Assembly (NCBI RefSeq): GCF_000008465.1
Contig: NC_006512.1
Coordinates: 2,400,001 to 2,432,000 of the forward strand
Direction of reading: 5' to 3'
DNA length: 32,000 nt
Source of the DNA: Idiomarina loihiensis L2TR
GTDB lineage: Bacteria; Pseudomonadota; Gammaproteobacteria; Enterobacterales; Alteromonadaceae
How positions within the stretch are numbered: the first letter of the stretch is position 1; the number at the start of each line of letters is the position of its first letter. Below, piece by piece: positions 20,364-28,413 of the stretch. A model generated the notes under the pieces. The model ran no database searches. It saw only the letters and a program-made list of their open reading frames with translations, and was not told the DNA's origin. Made by a program: the position numbers and the translations under genes.

Positions 20364-21347
20364 ATGAAACGTTTATTACCAACACTGAGAGCGGATCAAA
20401 CCAGTGAATCGCTTATCTCTGTTATTAACACCATTCAAATTGCAGCCAAGGAAATTTCTTTCCGTCTGCATCAGGGCGCATTAGCCGGTGTATTAGGCTC
20501 AACTCTGGACGAAAACATTCAGGGCGAAACGCAAAAGAAGCTCGATGTTGTCGCCAATCAGCTGTTAAAAACTCTGTTGCTTGAGTCACCTAACGTCCAT
20601 GCTGTTGCTTCTGAAGAAGAAGATTCCATTGTTGAGAGCCCAAACTCAGGCCATTACCTGGTGGCATTTGACCCACTGGACGGCAGCTCTAACATCGACA
20701 TAAACGGTGGTGTGGGTACTATTTTCTCTATTCTGCGTAAGCCTGAAGGCGAAGAAACCAGCGAGAACATGTTCCTACAACCAGGTAAAGCTCAGGTTGC
20801 TGCCGGTTATGTCTTGTATGGTCCTGCAACTATGCTGGTTATGACGACCGGTAAAGCGGTGCGAATTTACACTCTGGATCAGACCGTTGGTGAATTCTTA
20901 TTGACCCACGAGAAAGCGGAAATCCCGAAAGATACCAAAGAGTTTGCCATTAATATGTCGAACCGTCGTCACTGGGCTGACCCAATCCGCGCTTACATTA
21001 GCGACTTGCTGGAAGGCGAAGAAGGTCCGCGCGGCAAGAACTTTAATATGCGCTGGAATGCCGCGATGGTCTCTGATGTACACCGGGTTATTTCGCGTGG
21101 TGGTTTATTCACTTACCCCTGGGATGCCCGTAAGCCGGAAAAACCCTTTAAGCTGCGCCTTTTATACGAAGCCGCACCTATGGCAATGCTGGTGGAAAAA
21201 GCCGGCGGGAAAGCCACCGACGGTTACAGCCGTTTAATGGAAATTGTGCCAGAACATATTCACCAACGCGTCTCGGTGGTTATGGGGTCTGCCAATGAGG
21301 TAGATGTGTGCATGGATTACCATAAGCAACATCCAAAACCCTATTAG
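20364..21347 (+). CDS. fbp: Fructose-1,6-bisphosphatase class 1
   Basis: 327 aa with DPLDGSSNID, VAAGYVLYGP and LRLLYEAAPMA motifs. AGGA SD 6 nt upstream. Confidence 0.96.
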   Translation: MKRLLPTLRADQTSESLISVINTIQIAAKEISFRLHQGALAGVLGSTLDENIQGETQKKLDVVANQLLKTLLLESPNVHAVASEEEDSIVESPNSGHYLVAFDPLDGSSNIDINGGVGTIFSILRKPEGEETSENMFLQPGKAQVAAGYVLYGPATMLVMTTGKAVRIYTLDQTVGEFLLTHEKAEIPKDTKEFAINMSNRRHWADPIRAYISDLLEGEEGPRGKNFNMRWNAAMVSDVHRVISRGGLFTYPWDARKPEKPFKLRLLYEAAPMAMLVEKAGGKATDGYSRLMEIVPEHIHQRVSVVMGSANEVDVCMDYHKQHPKPY

Positions 21348-21371
21348 ACTGATGTCGATATTGCGCGGCTA

Positions 21372-21399
21372 TTGCGTGAGTGGCCCGAGCCGCTATAAT
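21372..21399 (+). promoter_or_regulatory. Candidate sigma70 promoter for ppa
   Basis: TTGCGT (21372-21377), a 16-nt spacer, then a perfect TATAAT (21394-21399), about 45 nt upstream of the ppa ATG. Sequence pattern only. Confidence 0.35.
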
Positions 21400-21443
21400 C
21401 GCGCAGTACCTTTTATTATTTTATTACTACAGCAGGAAGTACT

Positions 21444-21974
21444 ATGAGCTTAGGAAACGTAACGGCTGGCGCAAACATGCCAGAAGAAGTTAACGTCATC
21501 ATCGAGATTCCGGCAAATGCCGATCCGATTAAATACGAAGTTGATAAAGACACCGGTACATTGTGGGTTGACCGTTTTATGGCAACCGCTATGTTTTATC
21601 CGGCGAACTACGGTTTTGTTAACCAGACGCTGTCTTTAGATGGTGACCCGGTAGACGTACTTGTCCCGACTCCGTACCCGCTGCAAGCTGGTTCTGTTAT
21701 TAAATGCCGCCCGGTTGGCGTGTTAAAAATGACTGACGAGTCAGGTGAAGATGCGAAAGTTATCGCGGTTCCGGTCAGTAAGCTGACTAAAGAGTACGAT
21801 CACATCAATGACGTTGATGACCTGCCTGAGTTGTTAAAAGCACAAATCACTCACTTCTTCGAGCGTTACAAAGAGCTGGAAAAAGGTAAGTGGGTTAAAG
21901 TTGACGGTTGGGGTGATGCCGCTGCAGCAAAAGAAGAAATTGTGTCTTCTTTTGAACGTGCGAAAAAGTCTTAA
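21444..21974 (+). CDS. ppa: Inorganic pyrophosphatase (family I)
   Basis: 176 aa, highly similar to E. coli Ppa ([47 protein letters not shown]). Confidence 0.97.
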   Translation: MSLGNVTAGANMPEEVNVIIEIPANADPIKYEVDKDTGTLWVDRFMATAMFYPANYGFVNQTLSLDGDPVDVLVPTPYPLQAGSVIKCRPVGVLKMTDESGEDAKVIAVPVSKLTKEYDHINDVDDLPELLKAQITHFFERYKELEKGKWVKVDGWGDAAAAKEEIVSSFERAKKS

Positions 21975-22001
21975 TATAAAGTGGTAAGCAGCACCGACGT
22001 A

Positions 22002-22697
22002 ATGAATGCCGTCAATCTAGAAAAACTGAGTTTTTCCTGGGCGGGACAAAAACCAACCCTGGATATTCCTGCCTGGCAGGTAAAACAGGGGGAAACGGTG
22101 CTGCTGCGCGGCCCCAGCGGTAGTGGTAAATCAACATTACTATCTCTGTTGGCCGGCATTAATACACCGGAACAGGGCCGGTTAGACCTGTTTGATACTG
22201 CATTCTCCAGTCTGTCCGGCAGACAACGAGACCGTTATCGTGCCGACAATATTGGCTATATATTTCAACAATTTAATTTACTGCCCTATTTATCCGCCTT
22301 AGACAACGCCTTACTCGCCTGTCAGTTCTCGAAAAAACGCCGACAACGTTTGGCAGAGAAGGGAACATCGGCAGAAGCGACTGCGCTGGAAATGCTCAAA
22401 CGCTTAGGTTTATCCTCAGAACAAATTCAGCAACAGGCTCATACCCTCAGCGTTGGTCAGCAACAACGAGTAGCAGCTGCCAGAGCCTTACTGGGAGCAC
22501 CTAAACTGCTGATAGCGGATGAACCAACCTCGGCGCTGGATGCTGAGCACCGGGATACCTTTATTCAATTATTACTCGAGCTGAGTAGCCAAAATAACAC
22601 CACGGTTATTTTTGTGACTCATGACGCCGCTTTGTCTTCTTATTTTGATAAACACGTCGAGCTTAACGAACTTAATCGGGCGGGGGCTAAATCATGA
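22002..22697 (+). CDS. ABC transporter ATP-binding protein (LolD/MacB-type)
   Basis: Walker A GPSGSGKST, Q-loop, signature LSVGQQQRV, Walker B LLIADEPTSALD. ATG 22002 is preferred; the alternative GTG 21981 lies 6 nt after the ppa stop. ATGA overlap with the permease gene. Confidence 0.85.
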   Translation: MNAVNLEKLSFSWAGQKPTLDIPAWQVKQGETVLLRGPSGSGKSTLLSLLAGINTPEQGRLDLFDTAFSSLSGRQRDRYRADNIGYIFQQFNLLPYLSALDNALLACQFSKKRRQRLAEKGTSAEATALEMLKRLGLSSEQIQQQAHTLSVGQQQRVAAARALLGAPKLLIADEPTSALDAEHRDTFIQLLLELSSQNNTTVIFVTHDAALSSYFDKHVELNELNRAGAKS

Positions 22698-23971
22698 TCC
22701 GCCTTGCTATAAAAAGCCTATTGAACCGACGCGCGAGTGTGCTTTTAACTGTTATAGCGATTGCTGTCAGCGTCACCTTATTACTGGCAGTGGAGCGTGT
22801 ACGTGACCAGGTACAAAGTCATTTTGCCAATACAGTTTCTGGTACTGACTTAATTATTGGCGCCAGAACCGGACAGACACAGTTGTTGCTGTCTTCGGTC
22901 TTTCATATTGGCAGCATGACCAACAATATGAGCTGGGAAAGCTTTGCCGAAATTAGCAGCCGCCCTGAAATCAGTTGGGCCGTGCCAATTTCGCTGGGTG
23001 ACAGTGTCCAGGGGTTGCCAGTTGTAGCGACAACCAATGCGTATTTCGAGCATTTTAAATATGCTGATAAGCAACCTTTAGAGTTTTCACAAGGCCAGCC
23101 TTTTGCCTCAAATGAAGACGTTGTATTAGGAGCTGATGCGGCAGAGAAGCTGTCAAAAGCCATTGGTGACGATATCATTATTGCCCACGGCAGTGGCGGC
23201 ATTAGCTTTAGCGAACACGATGAGCATCCATTGACTGTTACTGGTGTCCTGCAACGGACAGGAACGCCGGTTGATCAAGCGGTGCTGGTAACCTTGCACA
23301 GCCTCGAGATGATTCACAGCGGTGGGGCCGGGCACGACGAAGAACATAACCACAACCATGAACACGAACATAACGATGCTCATGCCGACGAGCACGAGCA
23401 TCATGGCGAAGCCCCGGCTGAAAGCATCAGTGCCGCATTACTTGGCTTAAAGGCCAAGCCTCTGGCTTTGCGCCTACAACGTCAAATCAACACCTATGAC
23501 AAAGAGCCTTTAACCGCTCTGCTACCGGGAATGACGCTGCAGGAGCTATGGAAAACCTTAAGAGTTTTCGAGCAGGCGTTAACCGCCATCTCGGCTATGG
23601 TGGTGCTGATTGGTCTGCTGGGTATGCTGACAATTATGCTTGCCAGTTTAAGGGAACGCCGTCGCGAAATGGCGGTCTTAAGAGCCGTGGGCGCAGGTCC
23701 GGGAACAATATTCGGCTTATTACTCAGTGAAGCCCTGCTACTTACCGTGGTCGGCGCTTTCTCTGGCTTACTCTTGCTATATGGCCTGCAATGGTCGTTG
23801 GCCGGCGTTATCCAGTCGCAGACAGGGTTAATCTTCACCAGCTCATGGCCCAGCATTAGTGAGTGGTGGCGCATAGTACTCGTGATTGGTGCAGGCTTTA
23901 TGTTAAGTTTAATTCCCGCATGGCGTGCGTATCGCCAATCTCTTGCAGACGGACTTACGGTGAAAATATGA
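22694..23971 (+). CDS. MacB/FtsX-type ABC transporter permease with His-rich periplasmic insert
   Basis: 425 aa. N-terminal TM helix, a large extracytoplasmic domain of about 230 aa, then three C-terminal TM helices (FtsX-like: LRERRREMAVLRAVGA). Confidence 0.85.
   Translation: MIRLAIKSLLNRRASVLLTVIAIAVSVTLLLAVERVRDQVQSHFANTVSGTDLIIGARTGQTQLLLSSVFHIGSMTNNMSWESFAEISSRPEISWAVPISLGDSVQGLPVVATTNAYFEHFKYADKQPLEFSQGQPFASNEDVVLGADAAEKLSKAIGDDIIIAHGSGGISFSEHDEHPLTVTGVLQRTGTPVDQAVLVTLHSLEMIHSGGAGHDEEHNHNHEHEHNDAHADEHEHHGEAPAESISAALLGLKAKPLALRLQRQINTYDKEPLTALLPGMTLQELWKTLRVFEQALTAISAMVVLIGLLGMLTIMLASLRERRREMAVLRAVGAGPGTIFGLLLSEALLLTVVGAFSGLLLLYGLQWSLAGVIQSQTGLIFTSSWPSISEWWRIVLVIGAGFMLSLIPAWRAYRQSLADGLTVKI
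23315..23404 (+). other. His-rich low-complexity segment inside the permease periplasmic domain
   Basis: The translation HSGGAGHDEEHNHNHEHEHNDAHADEHEHH has 11 His in 30 residues, interleaved with Asp, Glu and Asn. A further HDEH lies about 30 residues upstream. Confidence 0.9.
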
Positions 23972-24441
23972 AGAAGTTATTTGCGGTTGCACTCTTAATG
24001 CTAACCCTTCCCGCATTCGCGGCTGCTGAAAAAATTGGCTGGAAGGATCTCATCCCTGAAGGATTTACTCCGCCTCCGGTCAAGCCTCAGTCATATTATG
24101 ATGCCAATCCGGACGAAGACAAGCAGGTTAGCCTGGACGCGCCTGTAGTTGAATCTCTGGACGGCAAAAAAGTGCGGATTCCTGGCTACGTTGTGCAACT
24201 GGAAGGGAACGCTGATAACGTCACTGAATTTTTACTGGTTCCTTATTTTGGTGCGTGCATCCACGTTCCGCCACCACCGCCAAACCAAATTATTCACGTT
24301 GAATACCCGGAAGGTGTTCCCTACGAAAACACTTATGATGCTGTTTGGATAGAAGGCACCATTAAGGTAGAACGCAAAGAAGGTGACCTTGCGGTTGTAG
24401 GCTATCAGATGAAAGCCGATAGCGTAGAAGTCTATAACTAA
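23968..24441 (+). CDS. Secreted DUF3299-family protein
   Basis: Signal peptide MKKLFAVALLMLTLPAFAAAEK. The signature LVPYFGACIHVPPPPPNQ is what I recall for DUF3299. ATGA overlap with the permease stop. The track start at 23863 lies inside the permease gene and is rejected. Confidence 0.8.
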   Translation: MKKLFAVALLMLTLPAFAAAEKIGWKDLIPEGFTPPPVKPQSYYDANPDEDKQVSLDAPVVESLDGKKVRIPGYVVQLEGNADNVTEFLLVPYFGACIHVPPPPPNQIIHVEYPEGVPYENTYDAVWIEGTIKVERKEGDLAVVGYQMKADSVEVYN

Positions 24442-26651
24442 GAATAACTCATTTGCTTTTGTAACAAGCAAATTAACTGGTCAGCGGGCATTGGTTTAGC
24501 AAAGAAAAAACCTTGCCCCTCAGTGCAGTCCAACCCTAAAAAGTAGTCCAGTTGCGACTGCTCCTCGATACCTTCAGCCAGCACTTTTAAACCTAAACGA
24601 CGAGCCATGTCGACAATAGTCTCTATGATGATCTTGCCGCTCTTCTCATCTGAATTATTCACGAAGGTTTTGTCTATTTTAATTCGATCTAAGGGCAGCT
24701 TTTGTAAGTAACTGAGTGATGAAAAGCCGACACCAAAATCATCAATTGCCACCTGAATTCCTTGCTGCTTCAAACGCCTTAAAATGTCAGCAACCAGATC
24801 AGGGTCTTCCATCACAATACTTTCTGTAATTTCCAGCTCAATTCGCGTCGGATCGATTCCCCATTGTTCTATTTGCTTTTCTACCAGCTCAGGAAAGTCA
24901 CGCTTTCGAAATTGTGGTACTGAAACATTTACCGCCACCCGAAGCTGGGGAAGACCAATTTCATCAAAGGCATTAATTTGACGACAGGCTTCTTCAATAA
25001 CCCAGGAGCCTATTTCTACAATCAGCCCGGAGTATTCAGCCAAAGGAATGAACTCTGCAGGAGAAATAAAAGAACCGTCGCTTTGAGGCCAGCGCAGAAG
25101 TGCTTCTACACCTACAACTTTTTTTGTTTTCAGCTCAACTTGCGGCTGATACCAAACCTGCAGTTTTCTATTGGCAAAATCGGCGCGCAACCTACGAACC
25201 AAATGAAGCCGTCGTTGAGTGTCTTGTTCCATCGACGGCTCATAATAGTTATAACGGTCAAAGGAGTTATTTTTAGCATTTTTTAGAGCGATATAAACTT
25301 GCTTCAGCAACCCTTTGCCATTAACACTCTCAGGGTTTGTGGCTGAGGCAAAGCCACAAGTTACCCGCAATGGTATGTAGTGCTCGCCGGCTCTAAAAGG
25401 TAAGGCAAAAAGCTCACTGAAAGCATTAGGCGTGACAATATTCGCAGGACCGTAAACGCCGAATACGTCGGCAGAAATCCGCGAAACAAAGACTTTATCT
25501 CCAAGTTGGTCTGTCAGACGAAGCGCCACAGCACGCAACAATAAATTTCCGACATCCTGACCCAATCCATCGTTAACATCAGAGAAGTGGTCTATGTCGA
25601 TGACAGCGATCATTTTGTCTTTGTCCGGTTTTTCAGACAGAACTTGAAGACACCGTGTAAACTCTGCCCGATTCGGGATGCCAGTTAAAGGATCAAGATA
25701 CGCTGCAGTCCGCAGTTCTTCGAATAAATTCGCATTCTCGAAGCCGACCGCAATATTGGCTAAAAAGACTTCCAGCAACTCCTGGTCATACTCAGCGACA
25801 GCGTTTTTTGTTTCTATGTAGGCCGCCGCCTGATGCGCCTGGCCATCAATAAAGAAGACCGTAGCGGTGTCGGTATGAATATGACGTTGTTCATTCAGGC
25901 ATTTTCTGACATTTTTCTCTATTTCGTCAGAGTTAAGAGTGGATAGGCTTTTATTAATACTATTCGCGAAATGTCCGGCAGCTCCGAGTACCAGAATATC
26001 ATTATCTTTATGAGGCGCTCTGGCACCGACAATCCCTTCGGCGTTTAAGCCAAGCAAGGAAGCAATTTGCGTAACCACCCCTTCAGAAAAGTTAACAATG
26101 GAGTGTTTTTCCATTAAGTTGGAAGCCGAGTGAATGATTTTACGCAATCCCCGACGATTTTCATTAATGGTGCAAAGTTGCTGATACGAGCGGACAGCAG
26201 AAAATACAGTGGTTAAAAGACGGCTTCTTGTGAGTTCTGTTTTTGTTTTGTAGTCGTTAATATCATAGTTTTTTACAACGCTTTCTTCAGGAGCATAACC
26301 CGGTTGCCCTGTTCGCAGCACAATCCGGATCTCATCATTGCCTAACTGCTCCCTAATAGCCTGAGCCACTTTTAAACCGGCGTCATCGGTTTCCATCACA
26401 ACATCAAGCAATACCATGGCGATGTCGTCATGTTCAGTCAGGCGATCAAGCGCTTCACTGCCACTATAAGCATGGAAGAACTCCAACTGGCGACCACTAA
26501 TAATAACATCAGCAAGTGCCATTTTAGTGACCGCATGAATTTCCTGATCATCATCGACAATCAGAATTTTCCAGAAACCTTTACTGTACTCTGCCGGAGT
26601 TACTTCATCGTCGTCGTGAAGAAACAGTGGTTCATCTTGACTACTGACCAT
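24438..26651 (-). CDS. Response regulator: REC - central sensory/GAF-like region - degenerate GGDEF - EAL phosphodiesterase
   Basis: 737 aa. REC residues: DDD at 33-35, D83 in LLDVV, T113, K135. The GGDEF position reads RISADVF (nt 25461-25481). EAL motifs are intact: EALLRW, ELEITES, DDFGVGFSS, KIDKTF, EGIEE, GQGFFF. Confidence 0.9.
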   Translation of the reverse strand: MVSSQDEPLFLHDDDEVTPAEYSKGFWKILIVDDDQEIHAVTKMALADVIISGRQLEFFHAYSGSEALDRLTEHDDIAMVLLDVVMETDDAGLKVAQAIREQLGNDEIRIVLRTGQPGYAPEESVVKNYDINDYKTKTELTRSRLLTTVFSAVRSYQQLCTINENRRGLRKIIHSASNLMEKHSIVNFSEGVVTQIASLLGLNAEGIVGARAPHKDNDILVLGAAGHFANSINKSLSTLNSDEIEKNVRKCLNEQRHIHTDTATVFFIDGQAHQAAAYIETKNAVAEYDQELLEVFLANIAVGFENANLFEELRTAAYLDPLTGIPNRAEFTRCLQVLSEKPDKDKMIAVIDIDHFSDVNDGLGQDVGNLLLRAVALRLTDQLGDKVFVSRISADVFGVYGPANIVTPNAFSELFALPFRAGEHYIPLRVTCGFASATNPESVNGKGLLKQVYIALKNAKNNSFDRYNYYEPSMEQDTQRRLHLVRRLRADFANRKLQVWYQPQVELKTKKVVGVEALLRWPQSDGSFISPAEFIPLAEYSGLIVEIGSWVIEEACRQINAFDEIGLPQLRVAVNVSVPQFRKRDFPELVEKQIEQWGIDPTRIELEITESIVMEDPDLVADILRRLKQQGIQVAIDDFGVGFSSLSYLQKLPLDRIKIDKTFVNNSDEKSGKIIIETIVDMARRLGLKVLAEGIEEQSQLDYFLGLDCTEGQGFFFAKPMPADQLICLLQKQMSYS

Positions 26652-26747
26652 GCGTTGAGGCCATCCATTTATAAGAAGTTACAAACATATAACAATTTAG
26701 CTTATATGCTGAACGACCTGCAAGCTTTGAATGGTCTAATTAATCGA

Positions 26748-27437
26748 TTAGAAGTGAACTTCGACTCCAACAAACGGGCCTTTAAAGGTCACATCTGAAT
26801 AAATATCATCGACATCATCAAGCTCTATCACCGAATGGCGATAACCTGCATTAAGGCTTACATCGACAGCTAAGTTATCAACTAAACGATATTCGATGCC
26901 AATTTGCGCATCCTGAACTTTACTGTCTTTCGCGCTAAGCGCACTGGCATCAGCAAAGAAGGTCCAGTCGGTAGCTGGTATTCCAACTCGCGCTGCTACA
27001 TAGGCTGTAGGCACAACAACGGAAAAGTCCTGGCGGCCAATAGTATCGCTGCCTAGCACCCACAAACTGCCGTCGAAATCCATAGCATTGACGCCAACAT
27101 CAAATGAAACTAAATCATTATCGAAAATTTCGTAGTAAAAAATGTAATCTCTATGACTAAAGTCATTTTTTCCGTAATCGCTGGTAACTTCCAAACTATT
27201 TTCCCGTACTTTAATATTTGGAATAAATGGAACCGGGTGCTCTAATGCGATGTAGTAACTGCTTTGACTTTCATTCTCGAAATTAGGTTCTATTACGTTA
27301 GAAGCAAAAGCATACTCGCCTTCACTGTCGGCATCCCAGAATTGTCCACCGGCATAAACACCAAAAACTGTATCAGCCAGCGCACTGGCAGGAGCAACCG
27401 CTAATACAACGGCTAACGCTAATGTCTTTTTATACAT
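26748..27437 (-). CDS. Small beta-barrel outer-membrane protein (possibly TIGR04219-type)
   Basis: 229 aa. Signal peptide ending ASALA-DT, alternating hydrophobic beta-strand pattern, C-terminal VGVEVHF with terminal Phe. AGGAAAAG SD. The family name is from memory only. Confidence 0.7.
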   Translation of the reverse strand: MYKKTLALAVVLAVAPASALADTVFGVYAGGQFWDADSEGEYAFASNVIEPNFENESQSSYYIALEHPVPFIPNIKVRENSLEVTSDYGKNDFSHRDYIFYYEIFDNDLVSFDVGVNAMDFDGSLWVLGSDTIGRQDFSVVVPTAYVAARVGIPATDWTFFADASALSAKDSKVQDAQIGIEYRLVDNLAVDVSLNAGYRHSVIELDDVDDIYSDVTFKGPFVGVEVHF

Positions 27438-27464
27438 AACTTTTCCTATTAGATGTCGAGTTCT

Positions 27465-27878
27465 CTATTTTTTAACTAGAAATTGAACGGTTTGTTTGGA
27501 GCCTGACTGAAAATGTAAGGTCAGAGAAAAGCTTTCTTTGGCTTCAAGCGGAGATTTCAAGCCAAATAACATAAAGTGATACCCTCCTGGCTGAAACTTA
27601 ATTGTTTCACCTGGAGCAATAGAGAGTGATTTAACTTCTTCCATTTTCATCACGTCGCCCGACATTGTGTGTCGATGTATTTCAGCTACTTTAGTGACGT
27701 CTGAGCTGATACGGGTAATTTCGACAGGGGCATCCTTCAGATTTTTAAGTGTGGCATAAGCGGCGCCATTTTCGGTTCCAGGGATAGTCGCACGAGCCCA
27801 GGCATCGTCAATTTTTAATGTCTCGGCGGCGACTATAACCGGTAACAAACTCAATACAGCAATTATTGTTTTAAACAT
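27465..27878 (-). CDS. Periplasmic copper chaperone PCu(A)C (DUF461)
   Basis: 137 aa with a signal peptide. Copper-site pattern H-x-H-x-M...M-x-M (EIHRHTMSGDVMKM) and GGYHFML, typical of PCu(A)C. Confidence 0.85.
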   Translation of the reverse strand: MFKTIIAVLSLLPVIVAAETLKIDDAWARATIPGTENGAAYATLKNLKDAPVEITRISSDVTKVAEIHRHTMSGDVMKMEEVKSLSIAPGETIKFQPGGYHFMLFGLKSPLEAKESFSLTLHFQSGSKQTVQFLVKK

Positions 27879-27909
27879 AGCCTAAGCCTTATTGGATTTA
27901 ACTTAGGCT
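27879..27909 (-). promoter_or_regulatory. Perfect 8-bp hairpin abutting the PCu(A)C start codon
   Basis: agcctaag (27879-27886) pairs with cttaggct (27902-27909), with a 15-nt loop. On the mRNA strand the 3' arm ends directly at the ATG, and the only SD-like AAGG lies at the loop/stem junction. Confidence 0.4.
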
Positions 27910-27924
27910 TTATATTACACGTGA

Positions 27925-28242
27925 TTAACCCGTTCTAGAAACCTTTGGTTTGCGAAATATAAAGTAAAGAACCAGAACACAAAGAATCAGCGGCCAAAAG
28001 AAACCTATTCCACTGAGTATTAGCGCAATAAATGCTGCACCAGCGCCTAAGAGCACGCTACCGAATACCGTAACCACCACAAAAAATACCAGACCGACAA
28101 AAAATAAGCTGATCAATAAAGTAACCGACAACTCAATCACCGAGCCAAGAGCCATTCCGAAAACTGAAAATATCTCTTCAGCGAAAAAGAACAGGCCAAT
28201 AACAGATAAAACTAATAACCAACCAAAGCTGCGATTCGACAT
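27925..28242 (-). CDS. Small polytopic membrane protein of unknown function
   Basis: 105 aa from ATG 28242 (MSNRSFGWLL...), with a GGAG SD 8 nt upstream. Three to four hydrophobic helices and a basic C-terminus (FRKPKVSRTG). I recognise no family. The track start at 28302 is a longer alternative. Confidence 0.6.
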   Translation of the reverse strand: MSNRSFGWLLVLSVIGLFFFAEEIFSVFGMALGSVIELSVTLLISLFFVGLVFFVVVTVFGSVLLGAGAAFIALILSGIGFFWPLILCVLVLYFIFRKPKVSRTG

Positions 28243-28360
28243 GACAATAACTCCAATAGTGAGCAATTTAACTATACTTAGTCTTTTGATTACAACTACC
28301 ATGCCAACTATTTATCTTATATATTTCAGTTAGTTAAAATTTAAAACCTTAACCTGAAAT

Positions 28361-28389
28361 AAAAAAACCGCCAATAAATGGCGGTTTTT
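28361..28389 (-). terminator. Rho-independent (potentially bidirectional) terminator after the TonB-dependent receptor gene
   Basis: aaaaaaaCCGCCaataaatGGCGGttttt: a GC stem flanked by A7 on one side and T5 on the other, so the minus-strand RNA ends in U7. It starts 25 nt after the receptor stop. Confidence 0.75.
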
Positions 28390-28413
28390 ACTAATATTAG
28401 CTCTCGGAGACAA

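Noticed and set aside
23863-23967. Upstream extension of the DUF3299 ORF (track start 23863). Analogous extensions exist for folK (11998), the small membrane protein (28302) and the ABC ATPase (21981).
   Set aside because: The extensions lie inside the preceding genes or lack SD support. The internal starts give a canonical signal peptide (MKKLFAV...) or canonical family N-termini and ATGA-type coupling.
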